A DNA stretch of 64,000 nt from Rhizodiscina lignyota (lineage: Eukaryota), in the NCBI GenBank assembly GCA_010015805.1, contig ML978123.1, forward strand, positions 868,001 through 932,000. Reading direction: 5' to 3'. This document shows positions 47,386 to 59,329 of the stretch, piece after piece. The position numbers were made by a program, and so were the translations under genes. The first letter of the stretch is position 1; each line of letters begins with the position of its first letter. The notes beneath the pieces are model-generated. The model made no database searches. It saw nothing but the letters and a program-made list of their open reading frames with translations, and was not told the DNA's origin.

Positions 47386-48625
47386 GGTTGTTCTGCTCGA
47401 TGGCAGCGCGGCTTGTTGCTGAGAAGGTCGCTAGCTTTTGTGGTGAGGTGGGATGTGCAGATGAGGTAAGGGTAGCTGTGGGAAAGGCTGCAGCCTACGT
47501 GTCAGTAAAATGTGCTCTTCGCTTGAGCTGAAACTCAAGAGCGCGTAGAAGTGATTGCAGAGGATTTTCTCAGGTGGGAATATTCGTGTTGAAGAGAATG
47601 AGGGGCGCCTGGAGAGGAGAACAGCTGGCCGCTTTGCATGTGGCTGGACGGCGGTGACCGGTAAAATGAGAAGGCGCGTGCTTCGCAAACGCTTCTTCTT
47701 GCGATCTGCAGAGGCAACAGAGACAGGAGAAGTTACTGACCTGGGAGCGCGGCGACAGGATCAATTGACGATGTTTAGAACGCCTGGCTTGAGGAAGAGT
47801 GCGGTGCTTGAAGCTTCGAGTCGTGTGCAGGTTTTTGATCTTGTGTTTCCTGTGGGTGCCCGCGCATGGTGACGAAATCGCCTAACCGCATACGTCGAAA
47901 CGATATCAGATTCCACCGTTGCCGCGTTTATAGATCGCTCCACTTTCTCTCCAACCAGAGACGGCAAAAATGCAATTAGTGGACCTCCTCATCAAACAAG
48001 CCGTTGGGCTCCTTGACTCCAGAATATCACGCGTACGACGTCACGGCAAAGCAGGGGCCTTTTGCACAAAGGAAATCCGATACCACTACCACTACGCTAT
48101 CTTGACTATCGCAATACATGACATGAGCTCCCTCCCCTCGGGACACCCATGCAGCTATTGTTGCCCTTCTCTCTCACGCCCTCAAATGCCAACGGAGTAA
48201 ATTCGCATTTCGACAGGCTCAAAGAAAAGTCAGGCAGGTATCAAGCAAGGAAAGACACAACGACAAACTCCAAACGCAGCAATAAGTAAAAAGAAACAAG
48301 AGAAGTGAATGTCCCCCCCAACGGCGTCAGTCTTGTATTAGGTGCGAGAGTGTCTCCGGCCGACACCCAGTGTCGACTATGAGAAGGAAAAAGGAGAGAG
48401 TGAGGAGGGAAAGCGAGGTGTATGGGTCTTATTAAAGAAACATATCAAACGACGGAGACGAGGGGTAATTGGGGAAGACGTGAAGTGACTCTCCAACTTT
48501 TCTCCTCGAGCAAACAGAACCGTTGAGGAGCGCAAGGACTTTTGCGTCGCAAAGGTGACATGCCGTGCCAAATGCGATCACCGAAAGTACTCCCCGAACC
48601 GACAACATGATCATCCACGAGTTCT

Positions 48626-50359
48626 CTATCTCAGCGAGAACCCCTTTCTCTTGCCCTTCTCTTCTAGTGGTCTTCCACTTTCGATCCGGGCCTTCTTCTC
48701 TTCCAGATCTGCGCGCTGCCTCTCCAGCTGATCCTTCATCTCCTTGTGCCTCGCATAGAGCTCTTCTTCGCTCTGCTTCAGCTTGCTCTCCTTTTCTGCC
48801 ACCTTCGACTGGAACACCATCTTCATCTCGAGCTCCATCTTCTGCAGCTTCTGTTCGTGCAGACTCCGCTCCTCCTCCTGCTTGACCGCCGGGTTGACCT
48901 CCTTGAACACTGATGGGTCCTGAGCGACGCCCATAGCGGTCAGCTTGTCACTGCGGTAGTTCTCGTAGAGAGTGTTATTTGTGTTCTCCTTCAGCTCCTC
49001 CATGTGCGTACGGATGAGCATTTGGCGCAGCTTAACAAAGTCACAGTGCTCCTCGTTGTCGACTTCGATGACACCCCACGGGTAGCGGCGACCGCGCACT
49101 TTTCGGCCATCGGGAGTCTGGACGTCGCTGTTCGCACCAACAACAGCAAAGGGGACTTTGGACATGATCTCGTTGTTTTCAGCAATCGTCTCGTCGTCGT
49201 CAAGCTCGTAACGGGGGCCTTCAAAGATCTGGATGTTGTGGTATTGGATGTCTGCGAGAATCTGCACGAAAGTGTTAGTTCGAATACATACGTTCAACGA
49301 GCACAAAATTTCATACCCTCTGCTTGAATGCCATGATTTCCTCATCAGTGAGTGTGTCGGCTTTGGCAATGACCGGGATCAAGTTGACCTTGGTGTGGAG
49401 TCTACGCATAACTTCGACATCGAGAGGCTTCAACGAGTGACCAGTAGGCTGGATGAAGTAGACGCATGCATGAATGCGGTTGTCCACGATGTTCATCCTG
49501 TTGACCTTGTTCTCCGCGTCTAGGTAAGCATCAAAGCGCTGCTCGATGTTCTCAATGATTGGGCCCCAAGATGCGTCGTTGTTCACGAAATCACCGAATC
49601 CCGGGGTATCAACGACTGTCAGGCGTAGGCGTACGCCATTCTCCTCAATGTCTGCGCTAATTGATTGGATGGAGACCGTCTTGGGCATAATTTCGGCCGA
49701 AGGCGGGCTGCGCTCCTTGGGAGGGTACAGGGACGTGTTAAAGAGAGTGTTCACGAGCGTCGACTTGCCGAGACCAGACTCGCCTATCAAGAAAGGATGG
49801 TTAGCGCAGCTTATTAGTATGAGTATATTCGAGTAACATACCGACTACCATAACGTTGAAGTTGAAGCCTTTCCTCACACTCTTGCGGTGCCATTGGTTG
49901 GGCAGATTCGCGAAACCAACGTAGCCCGTCAACTTTCGTCTAACAATGTTGCGCATGTCGCTTGCAGCCTGAGCGGCGGCCTTGGGGTCTTTGGAGGTAA
50001 CGGTTTGTGGAGCAGAGCCTGAGCCATTAGGCATTGGATTGCTACGCTCGACATAAGGCGAGGCGGCTTTACCATTGGCTTGTGGGACCGGCGACGGCCT
50101 GTTCGGCGGAGCACCGTTTGTTGCTATTTGAGAGTGGAGGTCAGCCATATGGTCGAAGGTCTAGGCTCAACGGTTGGTTTTGAGGGGGACGTTTCATCGG
50201 AAGTGACAACGCGTTGGTAGGTGCGTGAAAAAAAGTCCGCAGCGTCGTGTTTACAACCAACGTCATCCTTCGCGATATTGAAGTGGAGCACCGCGCAAAA
50301 TGTGCGATTCCAAAGGACGAGTGCGTCCGGTGCTTGTGGATGCGGCCAGACTTACCCAT
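48626..50359 (-). CDS. CDC3: Septin Cdc3/AspB
   Basis: [52 protein letters not shown], coiled-coil tail ending KRKGFSLR. 4-nt first coding exon ATGG; introns 50124-50355, 49784-49841 and 49262-49316. Confidence 0.95.
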
Positions 50360-51320
50360 GGTCGACGTCGGTAGTCGGAGGTATCAACTCGCAGATGGTG
50401 CGAAAAGAGCTGTCTTCTGCAGTAGAAAGGCCGAGTTAGTGCTTGTCAACATGGACAGACGATGCGATTGAGCAGTACAGCAGACGTGTCGGGCGCCGCC
50501 GAGGTATCGTTGTCACGAAAATCCGCGAAAGGAGAGTGACACGAGGGCTGCAACGTGGACGGGGGAGACGCGCGCACTTACTGTCAGCCAAGTGCTCTGC
50601 TTGCCGGATTGCTGCCCAACAACAGGTTGGAGGAAGGCGTGTCGCGAGCAATAATATGCAGGCTCGTCGGCAGTGGAGCAGGATTCGTGCGGTAGGTGGT
50701 AACAGCAGAGTTGAAGCAGGAGGAGAATCGCACTTGGGAGAGGACCCCTGAGGAGACGCCGCCAAAACCTTTGAAGAAAGCTTGCCAGGGCCTCGCGCCC
50801 GGGCCGTGCATCAATCACGTGACTAGCTATAGGTTTGCTTTCCGGGGCCAATCAGAGGCCGAGTGTCATCTTTACGTAGCGCGTAATTACCGCGGGCCTT
50901 GCCAATCCAAGGGCCTTAGAAGAGCTTGCCTTGGCCTTAACTCGCGACTTCTGCGCGCTTCACTTGAAGTCTACTATCGTACCATTTTCGCTCTGCCGTC
51001 CCAAACGCAACTGCCCCACGTTTCCAAATGCTCACGGCTCGCGAAACGTGGAGCTCTTTCCCGCCGCGTCATTGAATCTGCAGGTTGGTACAGCCAATAC
51101 ACCATCTTTGCCTAGCTCAACCGCTCACGCCGCTTCTGCACGTACAGGGGAGTCCCTGCGCTCCCGACTTTCAGCCACTAAGGGACCATATCTTCGGATC
51201 TTCCGCAGCTGTGCCGGCCTGTTTAAGCATCTCACGAGAGCGCCACAGCCGTCACGTCTGTATTCACAAACATAAGAATTCTCCATAGTTCTATCCGTCT
51301 ATCTGAGATCCCGGGGCCGT

Positions 51321-52977
51321 CTATTTCTCTTGAGGTTCTATCCATTCCAGGAACTCTCCCTTTTGGACCCTCTCACACTCCTCCAGCAGCACCTTTCCTG
51401 CCCATTCAAAGTCGTCCATGTCCAGATACACCGTCGCACTCAGTCGTACAAACCACACTCCGTTGTAGAACCCCAATGCTAAGAACGTATTGTGCTGTTT
51501 CACAAGTCTCATCGTCATCCAGTCCCTTACTTTGTATTGGAGATCGACATTATCGATCACTTTTCCTGCCTCCTCGACGATCTTTTGGACCTCCTCGAAT
51601 TTTATGGGCAGGTCAACGTTGGTCATGGAACATTGGCCAAGCGTGCCCTCAGCATTCTCAATGACTTGCGTGCCGAGTATCTCAGCTACGCGTTTGCCAG
51701 CCTTCTGCGCCAGGTCAATGCAGTACTCTCGAATAGCCGCTTCTCCGCCAAGGCTCTCTCGCCATTTCATAGCATCGGCAATACAAAGGAACGCCGAATT
51801 GTCGCATGTCCCCGTGAACTCGAACATGTTGACAAAATACGATTTGTTGTTCTCCGGGAAGGGGTTCAGGATCTTTTTCTTGGGGCTTTAGGCCGTCAGT
51901 GTAAGCTTTATTTGAGACGTGTGGAAACCTTACCTTTTAGGCATGAAGCCATGTGAAGTTGGTAATGTCGATCGAATGAGACTCTGGTTCCGCTCTGGGA
52001 CGTAGAATACGGCACAGGCTCGCGGCGTATACAGCCATCTAGCCGTTAAGCATCAGCACTCGCTCGATAAATTCTCGACACTCGTTTGCCACGAGTGCGA
52101 TGGGAGGCTTACTTGTGGCAGTTGCTCACGAAGAAATCAAAGTCCAACTCAGTCAAGTTCAGATCTCTCTGGCCCACGCCATGCGCCCCATCCACGAAGC
52201 TCAGGACATTCAGCCCCCTGCATGCCTTTCCAAGTTCCTCGTATGGCATTTTCACACCTGGCATGCTCGCAACGGTATCGAATACAGCCACTCTCGGATT
52301 CTTGCCTTCTTCTTGCAGCTTGGTGATAACGGCACGAAATCTATCGACCAGCTCTGAATCTGAGAGCGGGTATACGTACTCCACTTTCACTGCCTCGACT
52401 GGCGTAGTCTCCGCCATGTACATGATGACCTTCTCGCACGCACCGTAAATGGTGTCGAAATACACGATGACGTCGCCATCTTTGAAGTTCAGGTCTCGAA
52501 GCACAATGTTGATCCCCGTCGTGGCGTTCAGCAGGAGCACGATGGTCTCTACAGGGGCGTGGAGCAGGTCTGCGAGAATCTGCCGACGGTCATCCAGCAT
52601 AGGCGGGTACTCATAGCGTATGAAATTGTCCGGATGTGATTCTGCTTGGTCTTGGTAACGTCGGAGTGCTGTCCGGACGGCCTTGGGATATGTTCCGAAT
52701 GAGCCTTTGAGATGTGAGTATAGACATCACCCACCATGGCGAGAGTGTAAAGGTGTGTCACAAGTAATGCAATCTCGATAGATAGCAGTGCGGGAAACAT
52801 ACCGTGATTGAGGTTTAGATACTTCTCATCGAACAAGAACTCCTTCCGGAGCTCTTTGCCAAACTTTGTCTTGGGCGTCACAGCATTTGTCTTATCCGCC
52901 AGTGTTGCGATTTGACCATTGCTCCCTTTCTCTTTCTTCGAGGAGCCAAATGGTAGAAACTTGCCCCAGAAAGCCAT
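51321..52977 (-). CDS. EGT2: PLP-dependent class V aminotransferase, hercynylcysteine sulfoxide lyase-like (ergothioneine biosynthesis)
   Basis: [61 protein letters not shown]. Introns 52705-52802, 52039-52112 and 51886-51933. Confidence 0.85.
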
Positions 52978-53773
52978 CGCCCAACAAATCAACAGCGTCA
53001 ACAGCTCTCTCTGGCCAATCAGAAGACCTTGACACCGTGCGGAGCAGGGCCTGTACAAATGTAGTGAGATGAAACGGAGAGCCGTAAGCAGATGCAGAAA
53101 TGAACAAGTGCTCCGTCTATGGAATCGATATGAAATGACTGGAGGAGTACATGTATCTCCAAGCCTTTAGTCAAAGGGCGCGGTGATTCCTCCACCTGCA
53201 TGCAGGTTTCTCCAGATTTCGGGCGCATCATGATTGGCCAATCCGCTCGCCCGCAGCCCGGTTATTGACGGACACGGTGGTGTATCCGAAGTCTCCATCT
53301 ACGGATACTTCCAATGCGACTTCGGCGATTAGGAACAGGACCCTGAAAAAGCTCTCCACATGTGTGATACACTCTGTATGTATACAGAGCAAGCTGTTCA
53401 CATGTTAGATATCAGAAATATGAAGAACACGATCAAATCAAAAGGAAAGTAGGCTAACTGGGTATGTTCTTATCGTTAATATGGTAAGGGAAAGCTAGGC
53501 TCGGAAAACGTGGGTATATTTGTCCATTTCCGTTAACTACATACATGCAACTGATACTTGACTTCATTCTACCATACAGTGCGGGCCACCACCAGGATGA
53601 CACATCTTTGCGCCATCGTGCTCAGGATATAATCTATAAATGGCGCCGAAAAGAAGGGTATTACCTCCCCAGACCTCCACGAAAGAAACATGAGCGAACG
53701 TTACGCTTTAAAAGCAAGATAACTAACTCGACGGCGGTCGACTCATCCCCATCTCTGCCCGCTCTTAGAACCT

Positions 53774-54815
53774 TTAAATCGTCTTTACCCCTTCGTTCAT
53801 CTGTATCTTCATGTTCCGCTTGTACTGCTCCCGGAACTGATATCTTCCAACCGTCCCAAGGCCTACAAATGCGATGAATAGCACCGCCCACGTCATCGTA
53901 ACAATAAAGCCAACCGGGAAGATGCCGAAAGTAACGCCAGGAAGCACAAATGGTGTAGCCGAGTTGGCGATAGCGGATGCTGATGCCAACGAGGCTGGAG
54001 TGATCGTGTCGGTCGTTGTGCCCGCGAAGATACCCATCATGAACGACGCATCCTTGCTTGAGAGGACGGTCTGCACCATCTGCTTGGTGCTGGGGTTCAT
54101 GGCGGACAGCTCAATCTCCGGGATGAGGAGAGATTGGATTTGCGTGCTGTAACTCCGTTAGATATGGTCACCCAAGTAACAATGTTAATGATAGCAGAAC
54201 TTACAGGTTCATCTGAGGCCCAATTACGTTTGCGTTAAGCTTGCCGACGTACGTGAGGACTTTCATCTCTGACGGAGCAGCCGCTTGCCTCTTTTCCAGA
54301 GCAGCGCGAAGCTCGGCCTCCGAGACTTCTCTCCGAGACGGTGGCATGTTCGGCGCGATGCCTAAGACAGTACCGTTTGTCCGTTGGACAGTGGCGCCGA
54401 GATATGCCAGTGAAACCATCATGTCCGACGCTGTCACCCCAGCCCAATCTCCCGTGGGAGGAGAAACATTATACATTCGCAGTTCAGCCTCAAAGACTCC
54501 TGTGGAGTTGTCCATGAAGGGAAGGTTGTAGCAGACAGCCATGCCGGCTGGGTTAGAGACCGTGCCCCCGAGAGCGTCCATTTGGCTCATACATGCTTGC
54601 TCCGCCTCCGCATCCCAGGTGGCCAATGCATCTGCGCCGGTCGAAGTGGTCGTGGCTTGCGGTTGCGGTACTCTTCGCTCGAGCGGACTCAATCGATTAG
54701 CGTGGAAGTCGACATGTCTACGATGAAGTGCGCCGCGGGGAGTGAATGGCGAAGCCGAACAGAGGGCGGACTCGGCGAAGAGGAGGCTTCCGAAAAGGGT
54801 TCTTGAAAATCGCAT
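53774..54815 (-). CDS. Uncharacterised fungal type-I membrane protein
   Basis: Signal peptide MRFSRTLFGSLLFAESALC, ectodomain with AVCYNLPFMDNSTGVFEAELRMY, C-terminal TM (IFPVGFIVTMTWAVLFIAFVGLGT) and short tail RYQFREQY. Intron 54147-54204. Confidence 0.85.
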
Positions 54816-56534
54816 GGCGTAGGTGTAGGGGAGATTCGGTGTCGACCAGTGGTAGAAAATACTACGTTAAAATAAGGCCGGCCAGCAGGTTATGGTGAAT
54901 AATGCATAAAGGTTGCTATGAATGAGCGTATGAGAATTGAAGCCGCTCAGCAGCAGAATGTTAGTTTGGAGAACGAAAGTCGTACACCACAACTGTGAAG
55001 TCACGGGCCGGGAGAGAAGAGAATGAAAGAGAAAAGTCTGGGCAAGGAATTCGTAGAGGGTATCTCCTCTGCATAACGTCTTCGTGATAGGGGTTATGGC
55101 AGACGGAGGCATGGCATCGTGACTTGAATCGCCTCGCAAAAGAGAACAGACTGGTAAACAGGAGCTCGTGGCCCCACTGAAAGCTGCTATTCACAGTAGG
55201 ACAGTGAAAGAGAGTCACGAGAGATGTTTAGGATGGCGACGAGTTGACACAGCAAACGAGACCGTTTCCTCTTGGGTTTTGCAATGCGTTCATAAGAGAA
55301 AGCCCTTGAGAAATCATTTACCGACCATCGCCGCGGTGACGTTGGACCACTGTTTGTCTTGGGCCCGTCAGCCTTGTCCTAATAGGGTCGCTGTTCGAGA
55401 TGAGGTTCTTGGAAGCCTCTCCTTGAGACTTCGTTTGACATGAGGTGAGGTCGGCCGCGTTTTGGGTCTCACACAAAGGAAACGCTCGCGGCCAATCAGC
55501 CGGCAGGGCGGCGCCAGCGCCTGGCCTCGAGCCGCGTTTCAGGACGCTGCTATAGGACCTCAGCTAAAGTTGCGACACGCGGGACCGTACGTCGGTCTCT
55601 GCTCCTCCGACGGCATTATTTCTGCATCTGGCCAGTCAACGGGCGCTCTGCTCGAGATCGCAAGACTGGACCGTATCTTGAAGCGCCACGATAACGCCGA
55701 CACTCTCCAGCCCTTCGGTCGAGGCGCTCGATGGCTTCGGCGGGTACCGAGACGTTGCACAGGTGTCTTGAGCCTCAAGTTGTATCGTGGATAACGTGAG
55801 TACACGTATACACGCCCACTTTACGTCTTGCAAGCGCTGATGATGGTGGCCTGGGCGATGCGCGCATGCCACAACACCGCATTTGGATGCGCTTTCGAGA
55901 CAGCCATGTCGGGCGAGCCAGCGCAAGTAACAAATTACGGGCTGCAACATCGGAATGAGAGGGAGAAAACGCATACTCGCTCATCAACATTGCGCAAGGC
56001 AGATCTTAACCCTGGAGATGAGGAGGTCATCCTATTCTGTCATGCAGTCGTGGCTGCTCCGGAGTCGAGTGCTCAGCGTCCACATGGCCTCGCAGCGACT
56101 TAGCCTCATCTCAGTGCTTATGGGAAATGCGCGGTGTATTTGCACACGCTGTGTGGGCGATTTTCCGTCGCTTAGCTCATTTTCTATGGAACCCGCAGTA
56201 TACGGTGGCCTGTTAGGTGCCAACGCAGCAATGAACGCCTCATTTCGGCCGTGATTCGTCGATTTTTCCACCCATCCTTTCCGGCGGGCCGCTGGTATAT
56301 GCATATGCAGATCCACGTCAATGGTAGGTATCGTGAACAGCTTGGGGCCTTCACGCCTTCAAATTCCTCCACAAGCCTCACCTCTCGCTGTCAGATCTAG
56401 ACTATCGAAAGGTTTTTCGTGATCCCTGAACCTTTCCCACGTTTCTTCCCATCTCATCGATCACGCCGCAATTCTCTTGATGCAAGTCGCAACCACCTTT
56501 TCGTTCAACGTGCGTCATATCTCAGGGTGACCCG

Positions 56535-58457
56535 ATGCCTTCGTCACCTTTCCGGTGGCCGACTTCGTCAAGAGCCTCGTCTCCACGGCCTGCTAACCTA
56601 TATCACTCCGTCTCCTTTGCTGATTTCCACTCGCCTAACACCAGCGACTGGGTACAAAAATCCCCGCCTTCGCCAACGCAGTCCGACTTTGGTAGCAGTC
56701 TCAGTCGAAGCGCAACTCCAACGAATAACCCTTGGGGCCGATCCGGCAGACTCTCAATGTCTCGTAATAGCTCACGCGAGCGAAGCAGGTTCGACAGTCC
56801 CGTTGGAGCTGATCTCTCGAACGCAAACCTTCAGGAGTATTCAGCTACCGCAGCCTACGCCAAAGCGTACTGGAGCAGCTTGCCCTCGTCTGAACAGCCC
56901 AGAGGGAGGTCGGACTCGGTTTCCACCACATCCACCATTCGTGATGGATCGACTACCCCTCCTGCACGACTGCCGAAATTCACGATGCGCAATCCCAATG
57001 TTTCGCTAATCGACCTTGCGGAAGACACAGAAGCTCTGTCAATAGAGCCGGCCTCTCCGGTGACGTTTGATACCGACTTGAATATCCACTCGTTACCATT
57101 GAGTCCCCAGTCGAGTCCCCAATCGCCATCTGAAAGAAACCAATCGCCACCGGAAAGAAATGTCAAACTGAGCCTTCCCCAGCCGCCACCGCCTATTATC
57201 AATCAAGCAGCGGTATCCCAAATGATGAAAGCACTCCCCAGCATATTCAAATCACAGCGAGACTGGCAACCACCCAAGAGGCAAGAAGTGTACATGTGGG
57301 CTGTGTGCAATACTAAATGCGCAATGCTGCTGCTTTGGATGTGCGGTGACATTGATGCCGGAGCTCGGGCTCATTTCTACAATATCAATGACACTATGCT
57401 GCCATTCAAGCAGTCGGATCTTGACGGTATAGCGACGAACGCATCGGAAGCGCTACAGAAGCAGTGGCGTGTCATGGCGAAGGAGCTTCCTCGTAGCGGA
57501 GAGCACCTCGAACTGACACGGCAGCATGCGGCACCCTTTGAGCAACTCGAAACTCTGAGATTAGATCCTAGTGGTTCGAGTAGGATTGATCGAGTACGAT
57601 GGATGGACTTCAAGGATATACACAGCGATGGAACAATCGTCGCCCGCAAGACAATGGCCACCCGAAGCCAGGGGCAAAAGCTCAACGTACTGCAGAGCAT
57701 CAAAGGTTACCGTCGGTTAAACTCCGAAAACATCGCCAAGATACTGGTATCATACAGCCAAGGGCCCCATATCTCGATCGTTACACAGCTGGCGAACCAA
57801 AGCCTAGCAGACTTTCTCAGGTCAACATCAAAGCCCGACTGTTCAATGACGCTGTCTTGGATTCATCAACTCACGAAAGCGATCGCGTACATACATTCGA
57901 GTGACTTGCACCACGGTGCTATTCGTCCGAGCAAAATTCTCATTAACCCTAGTGGAAAACAAGTCGTATTTTCAGTGTTCGGCATCTCTGCTTCACCAAA
58001 CGCACAATACACGTCTATTAAAGACGAGCGGTTCATCTATGCCCCGCCTGAGCGTCTTACTCCCCAGAGTAGACCAACGAAAGCCGCAGATGTCTTCTCT
58101 TTAGGGGCCGTCTTCCTGGACATACTCACAGTAGCGCTTGGAATCTCGGACACCACATTCACAGCATACCGTGCGGCGACCAAGGCAAACGGTGACGCGA
58201 GCTTCCATGCCAATATCGATCGAGCGAGGGCATGGCTACAGCAACTGTTGAAAGCTCCGATGAATTCGCCGACAGCGGTAGAGAAGAGGACAGTGAGAGG
58301 CTTTGCAGAAGTGCTGGGACAAATGATGGTGCTTGAACCGGCCGCCAGAATACGGACGAGAAAGCTGGAACTGGAGATTGCGAGGTGGGAAGATGAAAGA
58401 GTGAGAGTGTCAGCGTGGGAAAGAACAAGTGAAGGATGGAGAAGTACTGGAGCTTGA
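56535..58457 (+). CDS. Protein-kinase-fold protein with degenerate catalytic motifs (probable pseudokinase)
   Basis: VARKTM, NIAKILVSY, WIHQLTKAIAYIH, HHGAIRPSKILI, FSVFG, YAPPE, ADVFSLG, P..R; S/P/R-rich N-terminus; 640-aa intronless ORF. Confidence 0.85.
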   Translation: MPSSPFRWPTSSRASSPRPANLYHSVSFADFHSPNTSDWVQKSPPSPTQSDFGSSLSRSATPTNNPWGRSGRLSMSRNSSRERSRFDSPVGADLSNANLQEYSATAAYAKAYWSSLPSSEQPRGRSDSVSTTSTIRDGSTTPPARLPKFTMRNPNVSLIDLAEDTEALSIEPASPVTFDTDLNIHSLPLSPQSSPQSPSERNQSPPERNVKLSLPQPPPPIINQAAVSQMMKALPSIFKSQRDWQPPKRQEVYMWAVCNTKCAMLLLWMCGDIDAGARAHFYNINDTMLPFKQSDLDGIATNASEALQKQWRVMAKELPRSGEHLELTRQHAAPFEQLETLRLDPSGSSRIDRVRWMDFKDIHSDGTIVARKTMATRSQGQKLNVLQSIKGYRRLNSENIAKILVSYSQGPHISIVTQLANQSLADFLRSTSKPDCSMTLSWIHQLTKAIAYIHSSDLHHGAIRPSKILINPSGKQVVFSVFGISASPNAQYTSIKDERFIYAPPERLTPQSRPTKAADVFSLGAVFLDILTVALGISDTTFTAYRAATKANGDASFHANIDRARAWLQQLLKAPMNSPTAVEKRTVRGFAEVLGQMMVLEPAARIRTRKLELEIARWEDERVRVSAWERTSEGWRSTGA

Positions 58458-59329
58458 GCCTCGAAGACGCCCGCACATTAGATTTCCTTCACGCTTCGGC
58501 GGTTCCTGTGATACCCCTTTCGCATATCCATTCATAGTCCATGAGCAAATAGGCATACACCTCGCTTTAGCGCTCTCATCATTGGCTTTCTTAGCATTTG
58601 AGAAAACTGTTAACTCTTTTAATGCATTAGGGTAGATACGACCCGGTTTCTCTACTGAGGTGGTTACACTATTCCACGAAATTGTATGTACGGAGTAGTA
58701 CATCTACACAGCTACTATCACAAACCTCTTCACTCCATCATCACATTCTCATCACCGTTACACACTCCGAAACGGCGAAACCGTACATGTAGACTCTTCT
58801 GCTTACCTAATTTTTGATCCAGACGATACACTACACATATAGTAAGTAGTATCCCTGAGCGGCTGTTTAGCGGCGGATACCGGAAGGATTCAACAGGTGT
58901 TGAATTGTTAATTAGGTGTTGCATACGTAGTGAGAGCGGGAGGCTCGCTGTGGGATATTGTGGCGGCTTACGGAATACGAAATTGCCGCTAGCGATATGA
59001 CAAGCCAGCACTTCCCTGTACGATATTGTTGGATTTGCGCCTAGGGCTTAAGTAAAACATAACTCTCCAATTGGCGTGATTCACGGTTTCTGTATTTTCC
59101 CAGCTTCCGGAGCCGATGCACACCTAGTCGACCTGCGTATCGTGCGCTTGAACACTATTGGCCGCTTTAACATCATGTTCTCTGGGCAGCCGCTATATCT
59201 CACGAGAGCTACTCAGTAAGAACACGGGTAACGGCGGTCAACGCCTTGGAAAGCAGCACCCGTTGCTCTTCAACGTCCTGCTGCCTTCCTCCATCTCGGT
59301 TCTGGGTAAGGTTGACCATCTGTCTCGCA

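Noticed and set aside
56419..57009. 196-aa overlapping ORF at the pseudokinase 5' end
   Set aside because: Alternate frame of an S/P/R-rich coding region, with a non-ATG start and no domain.
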